Shown here piece after piece: positions 39,090 to 51,299 of a DNA stretch of 64,000 bases. Below the pieces are notes generated by a model. The model ran no database searches, was not told the DNA's origin, and saw only the letters and a list, made by a program, of their open reading frames with translations. This DNA comes from Raillietiella orientalis (lineage: Eukaryota), in assembly GCA_036172245.1 (NCBI GenBank), contig JAYWIR010000007.1:1488001-1552000 (forward strand). Direction: 5' to 3'. Numbering within the stretch: the first letter of the stretch is position 1; each line of letters opens with the position of its first letter. The position numbers and the translations under genes were made by a program.

Positions 39090-40310
39090 CTCACGCTCCT
39101 GGAAGCATCCCTGAAACCTGACGACGCACCGTGCCCAGTTGCGCCTGCTCTTCTCTCCCTCTCTCTCTCTGCTCGGGGAGATGCGGTTGGGTTTCAGGAG
39201 TGGAGTGCGGAATTGCCAACCCTGGCTTCCTGGCTGCGTTCGGGGCACCCTCCACGCCCTTCAGGAGGAAAGGAAAGCCCAGGTTTCGCGCGCGGCGCTC
39301 AACAACCGCGAGGGAGACGTGACTGCCTGCCGCACGGGAGCAGTCTCTGTCATCCCGGACAGCGCTGCTGCAAGAGGGAGCCGTGTGTGCCAGACAGCAG
39401 CAGGTGGCGACGGTTCTCGATGCTGGCTTCCCGGCGGTTCGGGACCTGGTTCCCTTTAGGATCTGCGCGCCGTCTGCGGAAAGCCCGCAGGCGTTCTTCC
39501 TGTTTGCGCTGCTTTCCCTCCAGCTTTCTTTTTCTTTTTTTTTTTCGGGTTTCCTTTTTGGGGGACTTTCAAAGCGCTGAAAAACCATTCGCCTCCTTAG
39601 GATGGGGGGAGGGGGGGTCACGAAACTCTTTGACAGTGTCCACATCGCCCGAAGGTGCGCACAGCTCTTCAAGTTAGAGGGGGTACCCCGGTAAGGGATC
39701 ACCCTAAGAATCCAGGAATGCTCCGGAGGGAGGAGTCCGTTCCTTACTTTTGCGAGGGAAACCCCAAGCAAACCTCTTCCTTTCTCTCTCCGGAGGGACC
39801 CCCCGCAGGGAGCCGTCCTCGTCTCTTTTCCGAAGCGAACCCGGAAAGGATCCGCGCTCCTGAATTTCTTCTTCGGACGGACCCTTCAGAAAGAATCCGC
39901 TCCTTGTTTCCTCCTCTGAAGAGAACCCCGAAGGGACGCCTCCTGGTTTTCCCTGAAGGACGCTCCCCGAAGGGAGCAGCGCGCTTCTTGACACTCTGGA
40001 GAAGCAACCGCCCGAGCGGAGTGTCAACCTTCTCCATGGTACGAGATGGAGGGCGACCCCATTTTCACAACCGGAGGGGAACGGCTCCTTGATTTCTGGA
40101 AGTCCTCCCCCCTCGGAGTATCAACTTACAATCCCAGCTAGTTGACGGGGGATCCGGGGAGTTACGGCTTTCCCCCAGTGCCGCACCCGAATAGGAAAGT
40201 CAGCTCGAAACCCACGACGCACCCCCCCATTTTCGATCCTCCAGGTGGGGGATTCGAACCCGCAGCATTCAGTGCCACGCGCGGAGTCCGCGGTCACACG
40301 GACCTCTCTG
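39090..40310 (-). mobile_element. tRNA-headed structured leader, copy E, plus start of ORF1-like sequence
   Basis: Minus-strand GGGTTCGAATCC near 40261, GGGTGCGGCACTGG near 40188, long TTCG hairpin array, closing stem AGGAGCCGTTCC/GGAACGGACTCCT. Confidence 0.85.
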
Positions 40311-40589
40311 ACGCGGGCCGATCCTTCCCACCTGGAGCATGTCGCACGACCTCCTTGCGGTACTCGCAGCGCCGCCTGGAAGGCGCTGTCTGCATCGCCG
40401 GGGGCGCTGGACCTTTGCTCTCCTCCCCGCCGACGTAGGATCTCGGAGATGTCGATCTCTTTACGGACGGTGCCTCCCACCCCGGAGTGCGCGCGGACTT
40501 GGGAGACGACGGGCCGCAGCAACTCCACCGCCGGGCTGAGGCAGGAGGTCCCTCCGGCCGTCGTCAGGACCTTCGTCACACTAACCCAC

Positions 40590-41100
40590 GTCGTTTTCTG
40601 CACTGCCAATTTCCAAGACTTCCCGAAGGGAAGGCTGAATGTTTTCCAGGTGGGGCCATCGTGTTGCCATCCTTAATGTTGAATTGGACAGCGAAATAGA
40701 TGGCAGCCCTCTCTCTGGGTCCTTTCGTTGCTTTGCTCCAGGCTGCAACGGTCCCGCGTAGGCAGCACAAGGCTGCAAGGGAGGCCGCTAGCCAAAGGAC
40801 GTCGCGTCCCTGTAGTTGCCTCCGGGATTCCCAGGGCCGCGGCAAAGCGTTCCCAGAGGAGCCAGAGGACCAACGCAATCCACTAGCAGGTGGGAGAGGG
40901 ATTCACTCTCCCTGCATCTTGACACTTTGGGTCCACACACACCCGCGTCCAGTGATGTCGGGGACTTTGCACGGGAGACCCCAGTGCAGCAACCACGGCG
41001 TCGACTCCTGCCACTTTGAGGGGAGGGAGGAGCTGTTCATGACGGCGGCGGGCAACGCCAGATCTTCTGGAGGAACCCGGAAATGGTTGCTGACGTAAGA
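40590..41100 (-). mobile_element. LINE zf-RVT relic
   Basis: KCQDAGRVNPSP region with frameshifted ESLSHLLVDC and LWERFAAALG, homologous to 20200-20600. Confidence 0.8.
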
Positions 41101-41854
41101 ATCACGGATACGTAAACCTTCGGGGATGCCCTTCTCCTGACACTCCATTTTCTCTATCTACATAACGCTTACAGGTGTCCGGCGCTGCTGAGTTCACTGC
41201 AGGTGTACGGATAAAAGTCTGATACGAGGATGCGCAACATCCCTGACAATATAGGACGGTCTTTCAACACAAATTCGGGTCTCCTTATTCAGCATGGTTC
41301 ACTGTGTTGGGCCTTAGCATCGATGGCATGACTGCATCCGACGAGGGACCGGAAGATGCAGCCTTTGAGTTTGACTCTGACGGCAGGTGATTTGCATCAG
41401 CATCAACTAGGGTTTCCAATCGAACCGACAGATGCTGTAAATCCCTTCCCCCCCCCCCTCCAGGAATGGACTCCGGGATCGCAAAATTCCACGTCCATTC
41501 GAGCTCCACGCGCAAAATGCGTGGCTTTTTCATCTGAAGACCGTCACTGCTTGCTAGCTCATCTCTTCACCGCGAACATGCAGTTTTCGCTACCCCCCTT
41601 TCCCCAGATCCATCAAATCTCATTATCCATCTCCATCCCTAGGAAGACGCCTAGTTCTAAAGGGTCCTCCCACCCTACCAAACTCACTATGGATTCCTCA
41701 CTGTAACATGGAAAAATTCGAAACCATAAAACAAGATCACACAAATAATAAACCATCTACGTTGCCAATCAAATAGCTGGTTGCTTTGCTACCTGGGCAC
41801 AGTCCAAACACCCGCAGTCGTTTCTTAGTAAACCGAGAAGACCTTACCTTATGC

Positions 41855-42420
41855 CTCTGGTTTTACACCCTGATTTGCCAGGGCATGTGCTATTAAATTA
41901 ATGATAAAAGTCATGTCAATAAGAAAAGAGTGGCAGAACACTTGGTTGTGTCCCTTGCGTAAATCTTGTCGCGACCGGTACCTAGACCGGCAAGGTCCGT
42001 TTCCCTGGCGACGGCAAAGAGAAAACCGAAGAAACAAAAACAAAAGACAGGGAAGAAAATGTTTTCTGGGAAGGGGGGAGGGAGAGAAGGGATCACATTA
42101 CGCCGGGAGACGCTCTCTGCGTCCTATCCAGGATGCCGACAAGTTTTGTGCTTTCTTCTACCAGGTGGGGCCATCTGGAGGCAGCGTTCAAAAGGATTGT
42201 CGCCCAGTGGATGGCCAGAATAGAGGCCAGAATAGCAGGGACGCCATCCCTATTATTCTGGCCTCTTCTTGTTGCGTTCCAGGTTGCCATGATCTCGCAG
42301 ACACAGCAGAGAACTGCTAGGGACGCTGCCGGCGGCAGAGCAACGGGCACAAAGAGGCGTTCAAATATGTCCTTGGTGCCACCCGCCAGAATCGTCGAGA
42401 ATTGATCCCAAGGGGTCGGA
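41855..42420 (-). mobile_element. 5'-truncated LINE relic with 3' UTR
   Basis: WPHLVEESTKLVGILDRTQR then TGA; 3' UTR motif near 42000-41968; end ATGCCCTGGCAAATCAGGGTGTAAAA. Confidence 0.85.
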
Positions 42421-42469
42421 GGGATGCATAGTCCAGCTAGAAGGTGTGGTGACTCTGGTAAGAAAGGGG

Positions 42470-43740
42470 TTTCCCGAGTTGGCGCACGTGCGGTTGCGTC
42501 TCCGCGTGTGACGCCGAGAGTCGCTAGTGGTTCGAACCCCCACGCGGAGGAACGACTGCCGAGAACGGGGGGCTGCTTCGTGGGTTTCGCCCCCCCCCCT
42601 TCCGGCGAGATGACGGTGGCTTGCCAATTCGGTTGCAGCACTGGCTGACACCCAGTCACGCCGGTGCGTCTATTTATAAAAAATGAATGTCTGTAGCAGG
42701 ACGTTTGATCCTGCCACGTTACTTATAACTCCGAGAAGGAACCTGTCGGGAACTGGTACGCAGACCAGCGGGGTTCGTCTGGACAGCATAGGGGAAGGGG
42801 AGACAAACAAAAAGAAAAACAATAAAAAAAAACTGTGTGGTCAAAAAATGGGAGGGAGGGGGGGGGAAGGGTGGAGGGTGCTGGAGGGTGTCCTCTTCAT
42901 CCTTGTAAGGATGCCGGCAACTTCCCGTTTTATGGTTCCCAGATAAGGCCATCTTGAGCTCCTCAGGGACGGGACGGCAAAATAGATGGCTTCCTCTGAC
43001 GTTGCTCCATATAGCCACGTGGGCAGCAAAGTGCTGCTAGGGATGCGGCCGACGTGAAGGCGTCACGCAGGAAGAGACGCTTTAAAACGTCTCTGGCGTT
43101 GCCGACCCATCCCTCGGAGGAGGACCTTCCACCGCATACCATGGAGCTGGCGGATTGATGACACTTCTCCAGTGTGTCAAGAAGCGTGCTACTCCCCTTG
43201 GAGGGCGCCCTCCAAAGAAATTGGGAAGCGCCCCTTCGGGGCTCTCTCCAGGGGAGGGAACAAGGAGCGGATCGTTTCCGGAGGATCTCTCCTTAGAGAA
43301 TAAGAAAGAAGGTCCCTCATGGTTCCCTCCCGATCATAATAGGGGAGAGCTTCTTCCTCTGGAGCCTTCCTGGGCTCGTAGGGTAGCCCCCTCCCGAGGT
43401 ATCCCCTATCCTGAAGAATTACGCGTACCCTTGGGTGGCGCTGACGGTGTCAAAGAGCTTCGCGAAACCCCCGTAAGGGGGCGGACGGTTCTTCAGCACT
43501 CGGTCAACCAAAAGAAATGAAACCCAGCCGTCAGTACCCAACAGCAATGAACGAAATGTGTGCAAGAAGATCATCCGAAGGCGTCGCTAGAAGAATCACA
43601 CAGAACGATCTACTCTGCGGTTGCGCGACGTCCATCGCCGTTGGTCTCGTCGCACGGAACGGCAGCAGCGTTGTCCCGGGCAAACCTGGGAACCTCCTGA
43701 GTCGCCGAAGCTGTAGCGAGCGATGAGGCGGTCGATCCGT
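42470..43740 (+). mobile_element. tRNA-headed leader, copy F, interrupted by a LINE tail, with candidate ORF1 ATG at 43517
   Basis: TGGCGCACGTGCGG at 42480, B-box at 42529-42537; module resumes near 43120; GTAA-loop hairpin at 43455-43491; AAGAAATGAAACCC. Confidence 0.8.
42645..43115 (-). mobile_element. 5'-truncated LINE tail nested in copy F
   Basis: RWPYLGTIKREVAGILTRMKRTPS followed by the full set of 3' UTR motifs. Confidence 0.85.
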
Positions 43741-44559
43741 TGCCCCAGACAGCCGCAAGCACTTTCATCCAGGGACTTGGAAGCTGTGCGACGAACCACA
43801 GGAGGTGTGCGGCCTTCTCGTCCACCTGCCCTCTGGCTCATGACGTCAAGTCGGTCCAACCCGACCGTATGTATTTGCCTACCCTCCACCCCATCCCCGG
43901 TTCTGTTTCGATGGAACGTTTCACGGGATCGGGGGTGGGCGGGGGGGTTACCGTAACGCTTCCGCAACACTTGACTCCTTCGGCTCCTTTATCGGTACCG
44001 GGGCGACGGGCATCCCTGCCAAATCTTTCTGCGGACTTTACATGATTTTCCGCAGACTCCCTCAGCCCTGGTTGAAATTTCCTTCCGCAGATCTGGCGTG
44101 GCTGGAGCCTCAAGACCACCCTCTCGTGAGTTGGTATCTCGAGTTCGGGCTCCGCAGGTTCCGTGCGGTTGCCTTTGCTCCAGAAGAACAACAAAAAGAT
44201 TCTTGAAGGAGACGAAAACGACAAAAACAAAAAAGTCCAGTCCAACTAGGGTGAAAGGAAAAGGGCTGAGGCCAAATCCTCCGATGCCTTGGACTCGTTT
44301 GTTATATGTGGTCTCGTTTGTACTCGTGGTTATATGTCTTTCTCATAACCATTTTTTTCCCCGTTTTCCATGGACAGGCCTCCTGAAATGTAACCACGCG
44401 GCCGCCACGGAGTACGTGTGGCTATACGTGTGAATGCTGGGTTGGTAGCCTAACCTTCCGAAATTTCTCGCGGCTCCCTGGAAGCGAATCTGTTGCTGTT
44501 CATTCTCGCTTTTCCTCCTCGATGGAAGGGAGCTTGGCGTTTAGTACCGCCTCACGTCT

Positions 44560-44900
44560 CCTGGAGATGCCAGAATTCAAAGGGCAGAAGGGACCAGGGC
44601 GGTTGAGACGCCATCCATTGCTCGAGAATCCTTTCGAGGGCCGCCGCGAGATGGTCCCAACTGGACCACATTAGGAACTAACTTGCAGGCATCCTGGACA
44701 GGATGCAGGGGACGCCTGGAAGAGTATTGTGATCCATTCTTCGGTTTCTCTCCCTCCCTTCCCCCTCCCCTCCGGGACAAAAATTCCCATCCTCCCTTTT
44801 TTTCATTTTTTTTTGTTTATTTTTGTTTTCGGTTCTTCTCCCTTCCTCTTCGGGTTCAGTGTTTGTATGTGTGTGTGCGCGCGCTCTTTCCCCCAAAATC
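44560..44900 (+). mobile_element. LINE ORF2 C-terminal fragment
   Basis: RWSQLDHIRN*LAGILDRMQGTPGRVL then TGA and a pyrimidine tract. Confidence 0.7.
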
Positions 44901-46489
44901 CTCGAGATGAAAGCCACCTCTGGCACTGGGGGTTTCTGAAAAAGATCGCAAAGCTACAAAAACGACTCCGGAACTCGTGGTAAAACCGTGCCACGAAGGA
45001 TAATAAGGGAACAGCTCCCAGGATAGAGGACACAGCATGTAGACGCAGAGCTCAGATGTGCCTGCAGTAATCTCTGAGGTCAATAATTCCAGGAACAGAA
45101 GGCGTGTCGATGTCGCAGCTCGATCCCGTGCCCTCGCACTCCTCAGAATCAATCAGGGTGCCAACGGAAGCCGAAGACGTTCCAGAGTCCGCGGAGCATG
45201 AGAGTTTGAAGGGTTTATCTGCCACGTCTTTTTCCTCCTCCTCCTCCGCTTTCCCTTTCAACAGGTCAAGAAATGAGGGGTCGCGCTGTTTTCTGTGAAG
45301 AATCATCAGGTGCGCGACTGGATCGCCTGCGATCAGGGGGCAGGGCGTCTCAGATTGCAGACTCCCAGGGAGATTCGCGAAGACACCCTCGGAGAATTTC
45401 CTTGATGTGCCCCGTACCAGCATGCATCGGATATCTGACCCTTGCCTCTCACTGACCAATAGGAACTCGCTACGAAGACGTCGAGACATGGACGTTTCGT
45501 CTTCCTCGTCCTCAGTCCTCGGGCCGAACCCATGAATACGAAATAAACGAAGACTTCCGGGAAACGCGTGAGAAACCGCCTGACCATCTGCGGTCAAAGC
45601 TCAACGTGGGGATCGAGTGGAAGGAGAGCGGGAGAACGGGCGAGTGAAAGGCCGGTGACGACGCAGGTGCGCTCCCTTCGTTTGGTCTCCTGCCGGGTCC
45701 ACGGGTAGTTCAATTTTATTTCTTCGCATCGAATAAGTCGCTCAATGATAAGGGAGCCAGAAGATGGCGCCGGGACGAGGCTCATGACGTCAGGCCGGTA
45801 CAACCCGACCATATGTATTTGCCTGCCTTCTACCCCCTCCTTGGTCCTGCTCCCGGTGAGGTATGGCCGCTTCCGTTTCCGGCAAACGAGTGCCAGTCCC
45901 TCCTCCCCCCCCCCCTCATGGTGAAAATCCCGCTTGCCTGTTCTGGATGAAGACACCGGCAACCCGAGGGGAGAGGGTCAAACAGCTATGCGCCCGCGTA
46001 CGACATCGCCCACCGTGGGCGCGCAGCAGTCAGCTGAAGCCCTCCGAGCCGTCGACCCGGCATCTGGCTGTGGTTCCACAGCTCGTAGACCGCGCTACGT
46101 CAAAGAGCCCTAACTGATCTTTTAAGGTCTTTTTAAGGAATCAAGGACCCCGTCGGGGTGCTTATCCGGTTTTGAAGATGGAGCCGCATACCATGGAGAT
46201 GATCCACGGTTGTGTGTGGATGTGGAGGCTCGTGGATTCCACGCCATGACAAGTCTTCTACGGCAGTGGTCGGACGTGCGCTCTCTTTGAGGAATCCGCA
46301 TGGGGTTCCATGAGGTCACGCCCTAACGGGGACAGTGGTCCGAGGAGCATCCCCATCGAGGAACGTTTTCCGCATGTGCTGCTGGATTGCGGAAGGCTGG
46401 GAGCGTCAGGGATGGCAGCACATGGCTGGAGCACTCCAGGTCCACGGTGCCACCCTTGAAGACTCCTTTAGCCACCCTGCCCGCGGTCG

Positions 46490-46700
46490 CGACCGTAGAG
46501 CTGCGACCCACACGCGCGGCACCCAGCGGTTAGCAGACTCGAATCCCGCCCAGGGAAGGATCGGCGCCGGGAACGGGGGATGCGTCGGGTTCTTCAGCAA
46601 GATGATGCTGGTTGGCCTGCACTCAGGTGCAGCACCGGTGGAAGTAGAAAACTCCTTCTTTATAGAGATGCCCACGCCTCCAGGCTTGCCGGCCTCCTCG
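46490..46700 (+). mobile_element. Leader copy G (head and first hairpin only, diverged)
   Basis: GCGCGGCACCCAGCG...ACTCGAATCCC followed by GATGATGCTGGTTGGCCT...GGTGCAGCAC. Confidence 0.6.
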
Positions 46701-46834
46701 TCGCTGACGATGCTGCCACGCACGCGCCACGGTAGCTGCCGAAACGAAGGTAGGAGGAATGGAGCCGACAGCCCGGAGAGCCATCTGCGATCGCTCGCAT
46801 GCGGAAAGCAATGAGATGGCCCGATCTGGAAAGG

Positions 46835-47750
46835 GAGGTTCGCTAAGTACCTCAGAGCCGGTCGCGTGCCTCGCGGCGCACGTGGCTCTTTTTAAACATT
46901 AAATACACTGATTTGTTTCCACGCCTCTCCACCCGCGGCAACCCGCAGGGGGGAGTGTAATTCTTCAGGATAGGGGGCACCCCGGGATGAGGTCCGCCCT
47001 ATTGAATCCAGGAAGGGCTCGGAGTCCGTTCCTCTCACGCTTGGGGAGGGATCCCCCCCGCACGGGGGGGATCGCACCTCCCACCCTGGTTGTCTCCGAA
47101 GGGGAGCCCCGAAGGGAATCTCCTTCCTCATTCTCTCCGGAGGGACACCCCCCTAACGGGGGGTGGTCCTCTCCATTTCAACTTCTCCGAAGGGAACCTG
47201 GAAAGGATCCGCTTGTAGGAATTTCTTCTCCGGAGGGAACCCGCAAGGGAACCGCTCCTTTATTCACTCCTCTGAAGAGAACCCGAAGGGACGCTTCCGA
47301 AACTCAGAAGGGGCGCTGCAGCTTCCCGCAGGGAATCGCTCTCGCTTGCTTCCTTGTGCACACTCTGTGAAGAGGCGACGACTCGGAGGGACCCCCCAAC
47401 AGGGGGGTCCTCTGGTTTGAACAACTGGAGAGGTGCCCGTGAGGGCTCCTGCTCCATCTTGAAACCGGAGGCGTCCCCCGATGACGGGGGTCCACTCTCC
47501 GTTGCACGACCGGAGGGGAAATCCCCACTCCTTTATTCCTGAGGGGACCCGAAGGTCGACTCCCATTGTTCCGGCCTTCATCGGGAGGCCTCCGGCTTTA
47601 TCCACCGCCGGGGCCACGCCCGAATATCTCGGCGAACCAGCGCCGTTGCAGGAGAAACTCGGTACCCAAATGACGCAGAGGCGTCAGTTATCTGCCGAAG
47701 CATTCGAACTCGCGACGCATGGTGCCACGCGCGGAAGCCTTAACCACAAA
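46835..47750 (-). mobile_element. tRNA-headed structured leader, copy H
   Basis: Minus-strand CGCGCGTGGCACC...GAGTTCGAAT near 47733-47702, TTCG hairpin array, GCGA-loop hairpin at 46888-46855. Confidence 0.8.
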
Positions 47751-47799
47751 GCCTCCGACGCGGGCAAGGGGAAGGGAGGTGAGAGGGAGCCTTTGAACG

Positions 47800-48120
47800 A
47801 TTGAACACAGGCTGACCGGTGAGCACTCCTTCCCCTTCTGCTCCTGCCCTGCCCCATGAGGGCAGGGAAGAGAACCAAGTGGAATCAAGTGAGTCAGGTC
47901 CATTCCATCCCCTATTGATTTTGCGATGCCAAGTATCCTTCCCTGCCCCATCCCTCCCGTATTTCCACATACTTTTGTTGTCCTTCTTCTCCCTTTCCGG
48001 AATTTCAGTGATCCCCACCAGCGTGCCGGTGATCCTTCAGCTTCCTTCCTCTTCGGTTGGGAACCGGCGTATTCCCGACTGGTTTATTCTGATCCAAAAA
48101 ACGCCCCGGCATGAGTAAGC
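47800..48120 (+). mobile_element. LINE 3' tail, pseudoknot-type subfamily
   Basis: TTGGGAACCGGCGTATTCCCGACTGGTTTATT near 48057 matches 37591-37622. Confidence 0.65.
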
Positions 48121-48359
48121 GACCTTTCCTCCCTCCCTCCTTCCTCTTTCTCCAATCCTCCCTTGCTCTGCCCCCTGCGGGGGTGGTGCCTCTAGAGACG
48201 GGCCAACGCGTGCCGGTCTCTGACTGCTACCCTTTCGATTTTTATTTATTTATCTTAAGTGACCAGGCTCTCCGGGATGAAAAAGTGATGCCGGGACGTC
48301 CATTCTAAAAATAAACGTACCAATGCTGCAGGACATCGCGTCCTATCAGGTCGGGCAGT

Positions 48360-50770
48360 TTTTTAGGGGGTGCCGACGAGGTTCTCAAGCGGAACGACTA
48401 GGGGAAGGGAGGGGGGGAGGAGCAGACAACAGCAAACAAAACAAACGATTGTTCCAGTGGCTGAGGAGCTAAGGAAAGGGACACCCGCTGACCATTCCGT
48501 CAGACCGTCTGCATCCTTCGTAGCGGTGCCGGCGAGCTCTTCCTTGAGCCTTCCCAGACGGGGTCGCCTCCCACGGGAGCCTCGGACGGCAGCGAAGGGG
48601 GTGGCGGCCCCTCGCCTGCGCGCGCGCACCTCAAGGCGACGGCACCGTGCGGGCAGCACAGAGCGCCGCGACGGCGCCTGCGGGCGGCATGGCACTCCAC
48701 GCTCAGAGAGGAGCTGAAGAACGTCAGTCGGTTGTCCACTGGGATGGGAAGGGAGGGGAGATGGCATGGAAAAATGTCCCCGTGGTGTCCGGGGGGCAGC
48801 ACGGCTTGCACTGGCAGGTGCGGAAAGGATGCCACTCCCTCGCGCCTGGCTCGCTTCGGCGCGACGGGTCGGGTTCGAAATCCCCAGGGATCAAAATCAC
48901 GAACTCCGGAATGGCAGCAGAGGACAGGTGGTTGAACCAACCTGCAAGAACGCAGGTCTCGTCCAGTAACTGCGAAAAAACCCCCGGCGGCACCGAGGAC
49001 TTCAGAGCATTCCCGGTTCCGGCAGCTGACCTCCGGGTGGCGCTTCACCTTTCTGGAATCCCACTGCGGGTGACAGAGAGAGGAGTCACCCGGCAGCTCT
49101 CTGTCCACGGGCCAGGCGCAGCATGAAGGCGCTGCGGCGAATGGGTCTCCTGCCTCCCGAACAGCTGCAACGCTCGGCGACAGGAGGCACCTGGATCTCA
49201 GCGTTGGTGTTTCCCGCCCACACAACCTGGGAGCGGTCCCCCCCAAGAGGAAGTGGGGGGGGGGGAATGGGAAGGAGCGGGCACGAACCAGTCCCCTCAC
49301 CCTCGCCCTCCTAGCCGCAGCACTCGCTCTCCTGCCCCTAAGAGGGAGAGGCGACAGTGACCGACACGCATGATGGGTGATCTCGTGCCCCGTGGCCGGA
49401 GCGGCGAAAGTGGAGGACGGATCAGTCGGCTGACGCGGCGGGCACCGGGTGCCCGCGCCGAAGGGCTGCTCTGTCGCGCAGGATGTCAGGACATTCCTCC
49501 TTGGAGATTTACCTACCGGGTCAGCTCTGCGGTCCCCCTCAGCTGAATGAAAGAAGAGGCTCTGCCCTTCGGCGCGTGCGACCTTCGCGGCCGCTCCTCT
49601 TCGTCCCGAAGGCACTGCTGCCGAAGAGTTGCTGCGATGCTGCTTCAGGCGGGACAAGGAACATTCGCCCGCCTCCCTCGTCACCCCCACCGTGCATTGC
49701 GTCGGGAGGATCGCAGCATCCTGGAGCACCGAGGAGGAGCGGCAGCAAGGAAGGAGGTCCACACGCCTCCACTCCGCAGCAGGGAGTGATGCGACAAAGA
49801 GGCCTTCGTGGGACGCCAGAGCGAAGGAGGATGTCCGCTGGCATCGCACGCAGATTCCAGAGGGCGCCACGGGTGTAACCGGCGATCCCTGTCCCTTTCT
49901 CTCCTTCGATTGATTCATTGATCCCTGCCTTCTCGTGAGGCCGGCCTGCGAGTCGCCTTCTTTCGTTGTTTCCTACCCCTTGATGTTCTCGAACGGTCTA
50001 GTAGAATCCCCAACCACATCCGTGCCTCCCCGTCGGATACATGCTGGAGCGGACAGCCGGTTGAGAGGGACCTCGTTGACAAAGGTCCTGGGGTTTCTCC
50101 TGAAGCAACTTGCCCACTGGCTAGTGACCAGCTCACGGATCTCCTGCAGCCCCATAAGCTGATCACCTTAACGGAGGGAGGCTTTGATAACTGGAGGCGC
50201 CTGAGGAGCGGGCAATTCTGGAAAGATCGGTTCCGGTTCGTCGCTTTGAGAGTTCCTCTCCTGGAGGTGAGGAACCATTTGAAGAAACGGGCCTGTGCGT
50301 CTTCCACGCCTTCAACCGTAGGGCCGTATCCCCAGCGATGACAGCTACCATCACCTTGCCGTATCCCCGGATCCCATGCCCCGAGGGATCTATTTCACAG
50401 GATGGTTCGGCGTACGGACGCAGGTACTCCTTTTCTGGTAAAGAGTTGAGCAGGACTCCAGCATATTCCCCCTTCCCTCTTTCTAGAGCGCTCCAAGGCG
50501 GAGGAACTTCTTCCGAGGGGCCAGGCGACACCAAGCGCCATTCGCCGCCGCGCCAGACAGCTCAGGAGGGAGGAGGGAATCCGTCCTTGGGAGCGGTCGC
50601 TTGGAGACACGCCCTTTGCAGTTTGTTTACTCGTCCACCGTGGCGATGGGACGGTGGCTTGAAAGCTGGACGGTGAGGTGGTTGGCAACCGTGCTGAATG
50701 CCCACTTGGCGCACAGGAGGTCGGCACCTCTTCCAGTGGGAGCGCCTCGTAGGGGCAGCAGGTTTCACCG
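48360..50770 (-). mobile_element. Decayed LINE ORF2 (RT N-terminal motifs and C-terminal region), possibly composite
   Basis: KGVSPSDRSQGRIP (KSPGPDG-like), LPEKEYLRP...YGKV...ALRL, QARF, TFVNEVPLN...IRRG; C-terminus LKEELAGTATKDAD. Confidence 0.65.
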
Positions 50771-50774
50771 AGCC

Positions 50775-51298
50775 GCGCGCCGCACAGTGGCGGCCATGTG
50801 GTCACGGTCTTCGCGCGTGGCACCGCCAAGCGTTGCAGGTTCGAATACTCTGAAAGAATCGACGCCGAGAGATGGGTGTGTTGAGGGTTCGAGTTCCTCC
50901 CGCAAGATGATGCTGACTGGACTACATTCATTCGAGTGCGGCACTGGTAGCGGTTCAAACCGGATGTCCCCAATGAGTGGCCGGAACAATCGGAATCGAC
51001 CTCCGGGTCCTCCCAGGAATCAAGGAGCGGAAGTTACCCTCCGGTTGTGAAATGAGAGGAACCCCTTAGGGGGGACCCTCCGTGTCTTACCATTGTATAT
51101 ATTCTTTTGTTTCATTTTTCTTTTTTGTTGTTTCCCCTCCCCCTCTGCTGCCTAGACGGACCTCGCTGGCCCGCGTGCCGGTTCTCGGCAGGTTCTTTTT
51201 AGTATATTCATAGCGTGGCAGGACCAAGAGTCCTGCCACTGACCGATATGTTTATTTTTTTTATATAAATAAACGCTCCGGCGCAACTGAGTGTCAAA
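50775..51298 (+). mobile_element. Short internally deleted element: leader copy I joined to a LINE 3' UTR
   Basis: B-box GGTTCGAAT near 50838; body closely similar to copy B up to about 51090; then pyrimidine tract, 3' UTR junction motif (51148-51192), AATAAA (51268) and terminal hairpin. Confidence 0.75.
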
Positions 51299-51299
51299 C

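Noticed and set aside
43411..43491. Hammerhead ribozyme (CTGAAGA...GAAAC)
   Set aside because: No NUH after the putative stem III, and the core is not conserved in copies A, B, C, E or H.
48868..48890. B-box-like GGGTTCGAAA here and near 55154
   Set aside because: It is the antisense of LINE coding sequence (GFRTRP) and lacks the rest of the leader.
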